A stretch of 64,000 nucleotides of DNA from the human T2T-CHM13v2.0 reference genome, Homo sapiens: assembly GCF_009914755.1 (NCBI RefSeq), contig NC_060933.1, one strand, 5' to 3'. The translations under genes were made by a program, and so were the position numbers. The notes beneath the pieces were generated by a model that did no database searches, was not told the DNA's origin, and worked only from the letters and a program-made list of their open reading frames with translations. Each line of letters opens with the position of its first letter. Position 1 is the stretch's first letter. Shown one piece after another: positions 12,801 to 24,485 of the stretch.

Positions 12801-14062
12801 GGGTGTACACCCCCTGAGATATTGGGTGTAGTATCATCCTCTCTTTCCTAGGATACTAAGAACAATATCACAGGAGGGGTGTACAGCCCCTGCGATATTG
12901 GGAATAATATCACCCTATCCCCCTCTCGATATAAGGAACAATATCCCAGGGTGGGTGTACATCCCCTGCGATATTGGGCGTAATGTCATCATCTCCCAAC
13001 GTGGATATTGGGAATAAAGTCCCAGGGGGGTGTACACCTTCTTCGATATTGGGAGTAGTATCGTCCTCTCCCCTCGGGATTGTAGGCAAAATATGGAAGG
13101 GGTTTTACAACTCATGCGATATGGGCAGTAATATCATCCTCTCCACCTAGATATTAGGAACTATATCACAGGCGGCTGTACACTTGTTACGATATTGGGA
13201 GTAATATCATCCTCTCCCATCATGGATATTAAGAACAATATTCCAAAGGAGGTGTACACCCCCTGCGATACTGAGAGTAATATTATGCTCTCCCCTTCGG
13301 GATATTAGGAACAATATCGCAGGAGGTGTGTATAACCCCTGTGATATTGGGAGTGATATCGCCTTCTCCCCCTGAATATAAGGAACAATGTCACAGGAGG
13401 ATGTACACCCCCTGGGATATTGGGAGTAATATGATTTTCTCCCCCTCGAGATATTCGGAACAATATCACAATGGGTGTGTACAGCCGCTGCGACATTGCC
13501 ACTGGTATCATCCTCTCCCTCCCAGGATATAAGGAACAATGTCACAAGGGGTGTACACCCCCTGTGATATTGGGGGTAATATCTTCCCCTCCCCCGCTGG
13601 CCATTAGGAACAATGTCACAGAAGAGGTGTCCACTCCCTGCTACATTGGGAGTGAGATCATCCTCTCTGTCCCTGGATATTAGGAACAATATCCCTAGGG
13701 AGTGTACACCTCCTGCAATATTGAGACTAACATCATCCTCTTGCCCCCTGGATATTAGGATCAATATCACAGGGGTGGTGTACATCCCCTGCGAAACTGG
13801 AAGAAATATCATCCTCTCCACCTTTGGATGATAGGGACAATATCACGGGGGAAGTCTACGCCCCCTGCGGTATTGGGAGTCATATCATCCTCTCCCACCC
13901 ACGATATTAGGAAAAAAGATGACCGAAGGGATGTATACACACTGCGATATTTTTCATAATGTCATCCTCTACTCCCTGGCAATTAGGAATAACATCATAG
14001 AGGGGTGTACACTTTCTGTGATATTGGGAGTAACATCCTCTACCCCTCGGATATCGGGAACA
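9828..14062 (+). repeat. SATR1/SATR2-family satellite, ~75-bp palindromic monomers (first ~100 bp reversed, rest forward)
   Basis: Tandem GATATTAGGAACAATATCACAGGGGGGTGTACACCCCCTGCGATATTGGGAGTAATATCATCCTCTCCCCCCTG-like units with period 74-79. The family name is from recall. Confidence 0.85.
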
Positions 14063-14478
14063 ATTGTATTAAGTATTAATATTCATAAATATAATAACAA
14101 TTAATAGAAATCATCGATATAAATAATTACTATAAAGATAGTAAAAGTTAATACGGATTAAAAATATTAATGTTTACTATTAATAATTAACAGCAACCTC
14201 ACTATTAATAATAACATAATGATATCGGTAATTAATGTTACTTAATTAAATCAATAAGTGATGTTGGTAATAAAACAATAATTAATATTAAGGTTAATAA
14301 CGAATATTGAAAAATGACAATACTAATAATTAATTTTAACCATGCATAATCATATTTAAAATAATCATTAATGATTAATAACGTTATACTATTAATTAAT
14401 ATTACCATTGATAATTATTAAGACTGATGTTTAATAATTAGTAATATTATTAAGACTGATGCTTAATAATTAATCATA
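14063..14478. repeat. AT-rich spacer 1 at the satellite orientation switch
   Basis: Very AT-rich low-complexity tract; satellite is forward on the left and reverse on the right. Confidence 0.9.
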
Positions 14479-15720
14479 TTATTTCTCCTAATACCGTAGG
14501 GGGTGTACACCTACCTGTGATATTGTTCCTAATATCCAGGGATGGAGAGCATGATATTAGTTTTAATATCTCAGTAGGTGTACACTCACCCTGTGACACT
14601 GATCCTAATATCCAGGGGATAGAGCATGACATGACTCCCAACATAGCAATTAATGTACAGCCACCCGGTGATATTGCTCCTAATATTCACGGAAGAAGAG
14701 TATGATATTACTCCCAATATCGCAGGGAGTGTACACCTCTTCTGTGACATTGTTCCTGGTATCCCGCCGGGGAGAGGATGATAAAAATTAAAGTATCGCA
14801 GGCTGTGTTCACTCACCCTGTGATATTGTTATAAATATCCTGAAAGGGAGAGGACGATATTACTTCCTATAACAGATAGATATTACTCTCCATAATAGAG
14901 CAGGAGGTGTACACCCACCGTGTGATACTCTTCCTAATATTCAGAGGCAGAGAGGTCGATATTACTCTCAATATCGCAGGAAGTGTACACCCCCGTGTGA
15001 GATGGTCCTTAATAATATTCCAAGGCAGAGGGGGTGATATTACTACATTTATCGCAGAAAGTGTACACCCCCCCCAGGGATGTTGTTCCCATGATCCTGG
15101 AGAGAAGAGGATGATATTAGTTTAAATATGACAGAAGGTGTACACGCCCCAACTGATATTGTTTCTAATTTCAGTGTAGGAGAGGAGGATATGACACCCA
15201 ATATCGCAGGGAGTAGAAACACACCTGTGATACGGTTCTTAATATTCAGGGTGGAAGAGGATGATATTACTCTCAATACAGACGGGTGTACAACCTGCAC
15301 ACCGAGGGTGTACACCCATCTGTCAAACAGCACATAATTTCCAGAGGGGGAGATATTACCCCCAATATAGTAAACAGGCTGTGAGTCCACCGTGGATCGT
15401 AATAACTCGGGGGGGGAGAGGAGGTGGCTCTTACTCCCCATATCGCGGGGGGTGCCTCACCCCACTGCGAGGTGGATCATAATAGCGAGGGGTGGGGAGA
15501 AGGGGTGGCTGTTACTACCCATATCGCGGAGGGTGCCTCACCCCCGACATGTGGATCGTAATAAATAGCCGGGGGGGGGGGGAAGGGGGTGGCTCTTACT
15601 CCCCATATCTCAGGGGGTGCCTCACACCCCTGCAATGTGGATCATAATAAATAGCTGGGGGGGAAAGGGGGTGGCCCTTACTCCCCATACCGCGGGGGGT
15701 GCCTCAACCCCTGCGATGTG
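14479..15720 (-). repeat. SATR-type satellite in reverse orientation, grading into GC-transitional monomers (15400-15720)
   Basis: GATATTGTTCCTAATATCC...GATATTACTCCCAATATCGC is the reverse complement of the forward monomer. Confidence 0.85.
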
Positions 15721-15724
15721 ACCT

Positions 15725-18432
15725 GTGTCCGTTGTGAGCATTCTCTTTTTTCCTGCTATTAGGAACAATTTCACAGAGTGTGTGTACACAGCCTGCGATA
15801 TGAAAACTAATATCCTCTGCACCTCCGCATATACGGACCATATCACACAATGGGTGTACACTTTTTGCGGCATTTGGGGTCATGTCATCCTGTGTTTCCC
15901 TAAATAGTCGGGGAAATATCACAGGCCTATTCGGAGGCACATCCTACTTTTGCTACTGGAAATTAGGAGTAATATCACAGATGGGGTGTAAAGCCGCTGT
16001 CATATTTGAAGTAATATCATGCTCTCCCCCACTAGTTGTGACGCGCAGTATCACAGGGGGTATATACCTTCTGCGGTATTGGGAGTAATATCATCATCTC
16101 TTCCTTTACATGATAGGAACAACATCAGAGACGGGGTGTACACCCCGTGTGTTTTTGAAAGCAATGTCATTCACTCTTCTTCTAGATTTTACGATTCATA
16201 TCACAGGCGGGGTGTGCACCCCTTCTTATATTGGGAGTCATCGGATCCTTTTTCAAGCTGTATATTTAGAACAATATCCCATGGGGCTGTACATGTCTTC
16301 GATACTGGTCGTAATATCATCTTGTCCTTTCCTGGATACAAGAAAAAATATCACAGACGAGGTGTACACCCCTTGTAATATTGGGAGTAATATCACCTCT
16401 CCCCATGTGGTTATTAAGGACAAAATCACAGGGTGGTGTACAGTTCCTACTTTATTGAGAGTAATATCATCCACTCACCCCCTGGATATCAGGAGCCATA
16501 TCACAGAAGAGTTGTACACCCCCTTCGATATTGTCAGCAATATCACCATCTTCCCACCTAGATATTAGGAACAATACCCCGGGGGGCTTGGGGGTGTACA
16601 CCCACTGCGAGATCCAGAGTAATATCAGCCTTTTCCCGCTGGATATTAGGAAGTATATCACAGGTGTGTGTGCATCTTCTGCGATATTGGGAGTAATATC
16701 AGCCTCTACCCCGCTGCATATTAGGAACAATATACGGGGGGCGTGGGGGTTACACTCCCTGCGATATTGAGAGTAATGTTATTCTCTTCTCCCTGTACAT
16801 TAGGAACCATTTCCGGGGTCGTGGGGGTTACGCTCCCTGCGATATTGAGAGTAATGTTATTCTCTTCTCCCTGTACATTAGGAACTATATCACGGGGTCT
16901 GTACACCTTCTGCCATGTTGGGATTAATGTAATCCTCTCCCCCCACTGAATATCAAAAACAATATCACAGACGGGCGTACACCCTCTGCGATATGGCCAG
17001 TAATATCATCGTCTCTACCTTTGGATACTAGGAACAACATCACAGAGGGTGTGTACACCCCCTGCGATATTGGGCGTGATATTAGCCTCTCTTCCCCTGG
17101 ATATGAGGAACAACATCCCTGGTCAGGGGAGGTGGAGTACATTAAGAACAATATCTGAAGGAGGTGGGTGTACACCCCCTGAGATATTGGGTGTAGTATC
17201 ATCCTCTCTTTCCTAGGATACTAAGAACAATATCACAGGAGGGGTGTACAGCCCCTGCGATATTGGGAGTAATATCATCCCCTCCCCCTCTCTATATAAG
17301 GAACAATATCCCGGGGTGGGTGTACATCCCCTGCGATATTGGGCGTAATGTCATCGTCTCCCAACGTGGATATTGGCAATAATGTCCCAGGGGGTTGTAC
17401 ACCTTCTTCGATATTGGGAGTAGTATCGTCCTCTCCCCTCGGGATTGTAGGCAAAATATGGAAGGGGTTTTACAACTCATGCGATATGGGCAGTAATATC
17501 ATCCTCTCTCCACCTAGATATTAGGAACTATATCACAGGCGGCTGTACACTTCTTGCGATATTGGGAGTAATATCATCCTCTCCCATTATGGATATTAAG
17601 AACAATATTACCAAAGAGGTGTACACCCCCTGCGATATTGACAGTAATATTTGGCTCTCCCCTTCGGGATATTAGGAACAATATCGCAGGAGGTGTGCAC
17701 AACCCCTGCGATACTGGGAGTCATATCATCCTCTCCCCCTGAATATAAGAAACAATATCACGGGAGGATGTACACCCTGTGCGATATTGGGAGTAATATC
17801 ATTTTCTCCCCCTCGGGATATTCGGAACAATATCACAGTGGGTGTGTACAGCCGCTGCGACATTGCCACCAGTATCATCCTCTCCCTCCCAGGATATAAG
17901 GAACAATGTCACAAGGGGGCGCACACCCCCTGCGATATTGGGGGTAATATCTTCCTCTGCCCCGCTGGCTATTAGGAACAATGTCACAGAAGGGGTGTCC
18001 ACTCCCTGCTATATTGGGAATGAGATCTTCCTCTCCATCCCTGAGTATTAGGAACAATATCCCTAGGGAGTGTACACCTCCTGCAATAGTGAGACTAAGA
18101 TCATCCTCTCGCCCCCTGGATATTAGGATCAATATCATAGGGGTGGTGTACACCCCCTGCGAAATTGGAAGAAATATCATCCTCTCCACCTTTGGACGTT
18201 AGGGACAGTATCACGGGGGATGTCTACGCCCCCTGCGATATTGGGAGTCATATCATCCGCTCCCACCCAGGACATTAGGAACAAGATGACGGAACGGAGG
18301 TACACCCGCAGCGACATTTTCAATAATGTCATCCTCTACGTCCTGGCAATTAGGAGAAACATCATAGAGGGGTGTACACTTTCAGCGACATCGGGAGTAA
18401 TATCCTCTCCCCCACAGATATCGGGAACAGTT
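15725..18432 (+). repeat. SATR-type satellite, forward orientation (second array)
   Basis: GATATTAGGAACAATATC and GATATTGGGAGTAATATC motifs resume. Confidence 0.85.
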
Positions 18433-18843
18433 ATATTAATTATTAATATTAATAAATATATTAATAATTAATAGTAATCATCGATATTAATAATTGCAAT
18501 AGAGATAGTAAAAGTGAATATGGATAAAAATATTAACAATTACTATTAATAATAACAATATCACTATTAATAATAAAATAATGATATTATTAATCAGTGT
18601 TACATAAATCAGTCATAAGTGATGTTGGTAATAAAACAATAATTAATATTAAGATTAATAACTAATATTATTGAAAAATGACATTAATACAGATAATTTT
18701 AATCATGCATAATTGTACATTTAAAATAATCATTAATGATTAATAACGTTATACTATTAATTAATATTACCATTGATAATTATTAAGACTGATGTTTAAC
18801 AATTAATAATATTATTAAGATTGATGCTTAATAATTAATCGTA
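18433..18843. repeat. AT-rich spacer 2 (paralog of spacer 1)
   Basis: Shares long runs with 14063-14478 at an offset of ~4365. Confidence 0.9.
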
Positions 18844-19770
18844 TTATTTCTCCTAATACCGCAGGGGGTGTACACCTACCCGTGATATTGTTCCTAATAT
18901 CCAGGGATGGAGAGCATGATATTAGTTTTAATATCTCAGTAGGTGTACACTCACCCTGTGACACTGATCCTAATATCCAGGGAGTAGAGTATGACATGAC
19001 TCCCAACATAGCAATGAATGTACAGCCACCCGGTGATATTGCTCCTAGTATTCACGGAAGAAGCGTAGGATATTACTTCCAAAATCGCAGGGAGTGTACA
19101 CCTCTTCTGTGATATTGTTCCTGGTATCCCGAGGGGGAGAGGATGATAATAATTCCAGTATCGCAGGCTGTGATCACCCACCCTGTGATATTGTTATTAA
19201 CATCCTGAAAGGGAGAGGATGATATTACTCCCCGTAATAGATAGATATTACTCCCCATAACAGAGCAGGAGGTGTACACCCACCCTGTGATATTGTTCCT
19301 AATATTCAGAGGCCGAGAGGTCGATATTACTCCCAATATGGCAGGAAGTGTACACCCCCGTGTGAGATGGTCCTTAATAATATTCCAAGGCGGAGGGGGA
19401 GATATTACTCCCAAAATCGCAGAAAGTGTACACCCCCAGGGATATTGTTCTCATGATCCTGGAGGGAAGAGGATGATATCACTTTAAATATCACAGAAGG
19501 TGTGCACGCCCCCACTGATATCGGTTCTAATTTCCACGTGGGAGAGGAGGATGTGACGCCCAATCACACCTGCAGTAGAAACACAGCTGTGATACTGTTC
19601 TTAATATTCAGGGAGGAAGACGATGATATTACTCCCAAAACAGACGGCTGTACACCCTCTGCACACCGAGGGTCTACCCCCATCTGTGAAATAGTTTATA
19701 ATTTCCAGAGGGGGAGATGATATCACTCCGAATACCATAAACAGGCTGTGAGTCCACCGCGGATCCTAAA
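18844..19770 (-). repeat. SATR-type satellite, reverse orientation
   Basis: Colinear copy of 14479-15400. Confidence 0.85.
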
Positions 19771-22455
19771 AACCAGGGAGGGAAGAGGGGCTGGCACTTA
19801 CTCCCCGCATCGCGGGGGGTGTCTCAACCCCTTGCGATGGGGGTCCTAAGAGCCAGGGGGGGAAGAGGGGCTGGCTATTACACCCCGCATCAAGGGGGGT
19901 CCCGGCGATGGGGGTCCTAAGAGCTAGTGGGGGAAGAGGGCCTGGCTCTTATTCCCCGACTCGCGAGGGATGCCTCCCCCCTCTGCTATGGGGGTCCCAA
20001 GAGCCACAGGGGAAGAGGGGCTGCCTCTCAGTCCCCGCCTCGCGGGGGGTGCCTCCTCCTCCTGCGATGGGGGTCCTAAGAGCCAGGGGGGGAAAGGAGC
20101 TGGCTCTCAGTCCCTGTCTCGCGGGGGGTGCCTCCCCCCACTGCGATGGGGGTCCTAAGAGCCGGGGGGGGGAAGAGGGGCTGGCTCTCAGTCCCCGCCT
20201 CGCGGGAGGTGCCTCCCCCCACTGCGATGGGGGTCCCAAGAGCCAGGGAGGGAAGAGGGGCTGGCTCTCAGTCCCCGCCTCGCGGGAGGTGCCTCCACCC
20301 CTTCCGATGGGGGTCCCAAGACCGAGGGAGGGGAGAGGGGCTGGCTCTCAGTCCCCTCCTCCCGGGGGTACCTCCTCCGCCTGCGATGGGGGTCCCAAGA
20401 GACAGGGGGGGAAGAGGGGCTGGCTCTCAGTCCACGCCTCGTGGGGGATGCCTCCCCCCCCTGCGATTGGGGTCCCAACAGCCAGCGGGGGAAGAGGGGC
20501 TGGTTCTCAGTCCCCGCCTCGCGGGGGATGCCTCCCCGTGCTGCGATGGGGGTCCCAAAAGCCAGGGGGTGAAAAGGGGCTGGCTCTCAGTCCCCACCTC
20601 GCGAGGGGTGCCTCTCCCCCCTGCGACAGGTGTCCTAATAGCCAGGGGGGGAAGAGGGGCTGGCTGTCAGTCCCTGCCTCGCGGGTGGTCCTTCACCCCG
20701 CTGCGATGGGGGTCCTAAGAGCAAGGGGGGGAAGTGGGGCTGGCTCTCTGTCCCCGCCTCGCCGGGGGTGCCTCGCACCCTTGCGATGGGGGTCCTAAGA
20801 GCCAGTAGGGGAAGAGGAGCTGGCTCTCAGTCACCTCAGCATGGGGGGCCTTTCTGTTCTGGTTTTGCCCAAGAGTAAGCTTATTTGCATCTGGTTCTAG
20901 CAAGGGAATTGCTGCGAAGGCCCTCAAACAGGGGGGCCATCCTTTCGAATCCCTATCTAGTTGTTTAGAGATGTAGGCCACCGGCCTCAGCCAAGGCCCC
21001 ACAGTTTGGGTTAAAAGTCCAGCTGCCATCTTTTCTCTCTGACGCATACAATGGAAAAGGCTTTGTGAGATCGGGTAGCCCCTCGGCTGGGGCTTTCAGA
21101 AGTTTTTCCTTTAAGTCATGAAAGACTTGCTGTTGTTGGAATCCCCATTCCAAAAGTTCCCGGTCCCCGCCCCCATTGTGACCTCATACAAAGGCTTGGC
21201 TAATACTGCAAAGTTTGGGATTCCCAGTCTACAAAACCCCACAGCTCCTAGGAATTCTCTCACCACCCTTGTGCCTTTAGGCTTCGGTAGATTGCAAATG
21301 ACCTGCTTTCTTTCGGATCCCGGGCTGCTTTCGGACACCTGTCGAATAGTAAATCCCAAGTAAGGTACCTGCGGTCGTCGGCAGATCTGAATTTTCTTCT
21401 TGGACACCTAATACCCACAGTCCTCCAGGTCGGTCCCAAGGATCTTAGAATCCGCGATGGGGGTCCTAAGCCACGGGAGGAAGAGGGACTGGCTCTCAGT
21501 CCCCGCCTCGCGGGGTGTGCCTCCCCCGTGTGATGGGGATCCTCAGAGGTGGGCGGGGAAGAAGGGCTGGCTCTTAGACACCGCCTCGCGGGGGGTGCCT
21601 CCCCCGCCTGCGATGGGGGTCCTAAGAGCCAGGGGGGAAAGAGCGGCTGGCTCTCAGTCCCCGCCTCGCGGGGGGTGCCTCCCCACCTGCTATGGGGGTC
21701 CTAAGAAAAATGGAGGGAAGAGGGGCTGGCTGTCAGTCCCCGCCACGCGGGGGGTGCCACCCCCCTGCGATGGGGGTCCCAAGAGCCAGGGGGGGAAGAG
21801 CGGCTGGCTCTCAGTCCCCGCCTCGCGGGGGGTGCCTCCCCCCCCTGCGATGGGGGTCCCAAGAGCCAGGGAGGGAAGGGGTCCCAAGAGCCAGGGGAGG
21901 AAAAGCAGCTGGCTCTCAGTCCCCGCCTCGCGGGGGGTGCCTCCACCCTGCGATGGGGGTCCCAAGAGCCAGGGGGGGAAGAGCGGCTGGCTCTAATTCC
22001 GCGCCTCGCGAGGGGTGCATCCCCCCACTGCGATGGGCGTCCTAAGAGCCAGGGAGGGAAGAAGGGCTGACTCTGAGTCCTTGCCTCGCGGGGGGTGCCT
22101 CACCCCCTGCGATGGGGATCCTAAGAGCCACGGGGGGAAGAGGAGCTGGCTCTCAGTCCCCGCCTCGCGAGGGGTGCCTCCTCCCCCTGCGATGGGGGTC
22201 CTAAGAGCCAGGAGCGGAAGAGGGGCTGGCTCTCTGTATCCACCTCGCGGGGGGTGCCTCCCCGCCCTGTGATGGGTGTTCTAAGAGCCAGAAGGCTTAG
22301 GGGGGCTGTCTCTCAGTCCCCGCCTCGCGGGGAGTGCCTCCCCTTCCTGCGACGGGGATCCTAAGAGCCAGGGGGGGAACAGGGGCTGGCTCAGTCCCCG
22401 CCTTGCGGGGGGTGGCTCGCTCCCCTGCGATGGGCATCCTAAGAACCAGGGGAGG
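19771..22455. repeat. GC-rich ~79-bp satellite (derivative of the reverse SATR monomer), interrupted by an ERV fragment
   Basis: Tandem GCGATGGGGGTCCTAAGAGCCAGGGGGGGAAGAGGGGCTGGCTCTCAGTCCCCGCCTCGCGGGGGGTGCCTCCCCCCCT; period 79 (20064 to 20143). Confidence 0.9.
20830..21432 (-). mobile_element. Class I ERV (HERV-E-like) pol fragment, RT thumb/connection region, frameshifted, no LTR
   Basis: Minus-strand peptides YLGFTIRQ, REFLGAVGFCRL.IPNFAVLAKPLYEVT, LPDLTKPF.LY, RPVAY.SKQLD..SKGWPPCLRA and KLTLGQ lie in three frames. Confidence 0.85.
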
Positions 22456-22832
22456 AAGAGGGGGAGAGGATGATAATAATTTCAGCATCGCAGGCTGTGT
22501 TCACCCAGCCTGTTAAATCGTTATTTATATCCTGAAAGGGAGAGGATGATATTACTCCCCGTAATAGACAGATATGACTCCCCATCGTAGAGCACGAGGT
22601 GTACACCCGCCCTGTGATTTTCTTCCTCATATTCAGAGACCGAGAGGTTGATGTCACTCCCAATATCGGAGGAAGTATACACCCCCGTGTGAGATGGTCC
22701 TTAATAATATTCCACGGCGGAGGGGGTGATATGACTACATACATGGCAGAAAGTGGAAACCTCCCAGGGATATTGTTCCCACGATCCTGGAGGGAAGAAG
22801 ATGATGTTACTTTCAATATGACAGAAGGTGGA

Positions 22833-23864
22833 TGAAGTGGTGGACTGCCCCTCCACACCTGTGAGTATTTCTAGTTGGGTGGGTGGGAGGAGAGACTGAG
22901 AAAAGAAATAAGACACAGAGACAAAGTGTAAAGATACAACAGTGGGTCCAGGGGACCGGCGCTCAGCACACCAAGGACCTGCACCGGCACCAGCCTCTGA
23001 GTTCCTTCAGTTTTTATTGATTATGATTTTCATTATTTTAGCAGAAAGGAATGTAGTAGGAGAGCAGGGTGATGATAAGGAGAGAGTCTGCAGAAGACAT
23101 GTGAGCAAAAGAATCTATGTCATAATTAGGTTCAAGGGAAGGTACTATGACTGGACGTGCACGTAAGCCAGATTTGTTTCTCTCCACCCAAACATCTCAG
23201 TGGAGTAAAGAATAACAAGGCAGTGTTACTGCAAACATGTCTCGCCTCCCGCCACAGGGCAGCTTTTCCCCTATCTCAGAGTTGAACGAATGTACAATCG
23301 GGTTTTACACCGAGACATTCAGTTCCCAGGGGCAAGCAGGAGATAGTGGCCTTCCTCCACCTCAGCTGCAAGAGGCTTTCCTCTTTTACTAATCCACCTC
23401 AGCACAGACCCTTTACGGGTGTCGGGCTGGGGGACAGTCAGGTCTTTCTCATCCCATGAGGCTATATTTCAGACTATCACATGGGGAGAAAGCTTGGACG
23501 ATACCCTGCTTTCAAGGGCAGAGGTCCCTGCGGCTTTCCACAGTGCATTGTGCCCCTGGTTTATTGAGACTAGAGAATGGCGATGACTTTTACCAAGTAT
23601 ACTGCTGGTAAACATTTTGTTAACAAGGCACGTCCTGCACAGCCCTACATCCCTTAAACTTTGATTTTATACAACACATGTTTTTGTGAGCTCCAGGTTG
23701 GGTCAAAGTGGCTGGGGCCAAGCGGCTAGGGCAAAGCTACAAATTAACAACATCTCAGCAAAGCAATTGTTTAAAGGACAGGTCTTTTTCCAAATGGAGT
23801 CTCTTATGTCTTTCCTTTCTACATAGACACAGTGACAGTCTGATCTCTCTTTCTTTTCCCTACA
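22833..23864 (-). mobile_element. Solo HERV-K(HML-2) LTR5A-type LTR, 1032 bp
   Basis: The minus strand begins TGTAGGGAAAAGAAAGAGAGATCAGACTG and ends ...CCACCACTTCA. Perfect 6-bp TSD GGTGGA at 22827-22832 and 23865-23870. Confidence 0.92.
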
Positions 23865-24430
23865 GGTGGACACGCCCCCACTGATATTCCTTCTAATTGC
23901 AGCGTGGGAGAGGAGGATATGACACGCGATATCGCAGGGAGTAGAAACAACCCTGTGATACTGTTCTTAATATTCAGGGAGGAAGAGGATGATATTACTC
24001 CCAATACAGACGGGTGTACACCCTCTGTACACCGAGGGTGTACACCTGTCTGTGAAAGAGTTCGTAATCTCCAGAGGGGGAGATGATATTACTCACAATA
24101 TGGTAAAGAGGCTGTGAGTCCACGGAGGATCCTCAGAGCCAGCAGGGGAAGAGGGGCTGGCTCTCAGTCCCTGCCTCGCGGGGGTGACTCCCCCCAGTGC
24201 GATGGGGGTCCTAAGAGCCAGTGGGGGAAGAGGGGCTGGCTCTGAGACCCCGCCTCGCGGGGGGTGCCTCCCCGCCCTGTGATGGGGGTCCGAAGAGCCA
24301 GAAGGCTTAGAGGGGCTGGCTCTCAGTCCCTGCCTCGCGGGGGGTGCCTCCTCCCCCTGCGATGGGGGTCGTAAGAGCCACTGGGGGAATAGGGGCTTGC
24401 TCTCAGTCACCGCCTCGCGGGGGGTGCCTC

Positions 24431-24485
24431 CTTTCCTTTCTACATAGACACAGTGACAGTCTGATCTCTCTTTCTTTTCCCTACA
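24431..24485 (-). mobile_element. Isolated 55-bp LTR5 5' tip (duplicate of 23810-23864)
   Basis: Identical ctttcctttctacatagacacagtgacagtctgatctctctttcttttccctaca followed by the same flank. Confidence 0.9.

Noticed and set aside
9966-19720. Dozens of ORFs with repeated CTPPAILGVISSS / DIRNNIT peptides
   Set aside because: They are translations of satellite monomers on both strands, with no gene structure.
19908-20798. 296-aa Gly/Pro-rich ORF and similar ORFs up to 22858
   Set aside because: The GC satellite has few stop codons; the 79-bp period cycles the frames.
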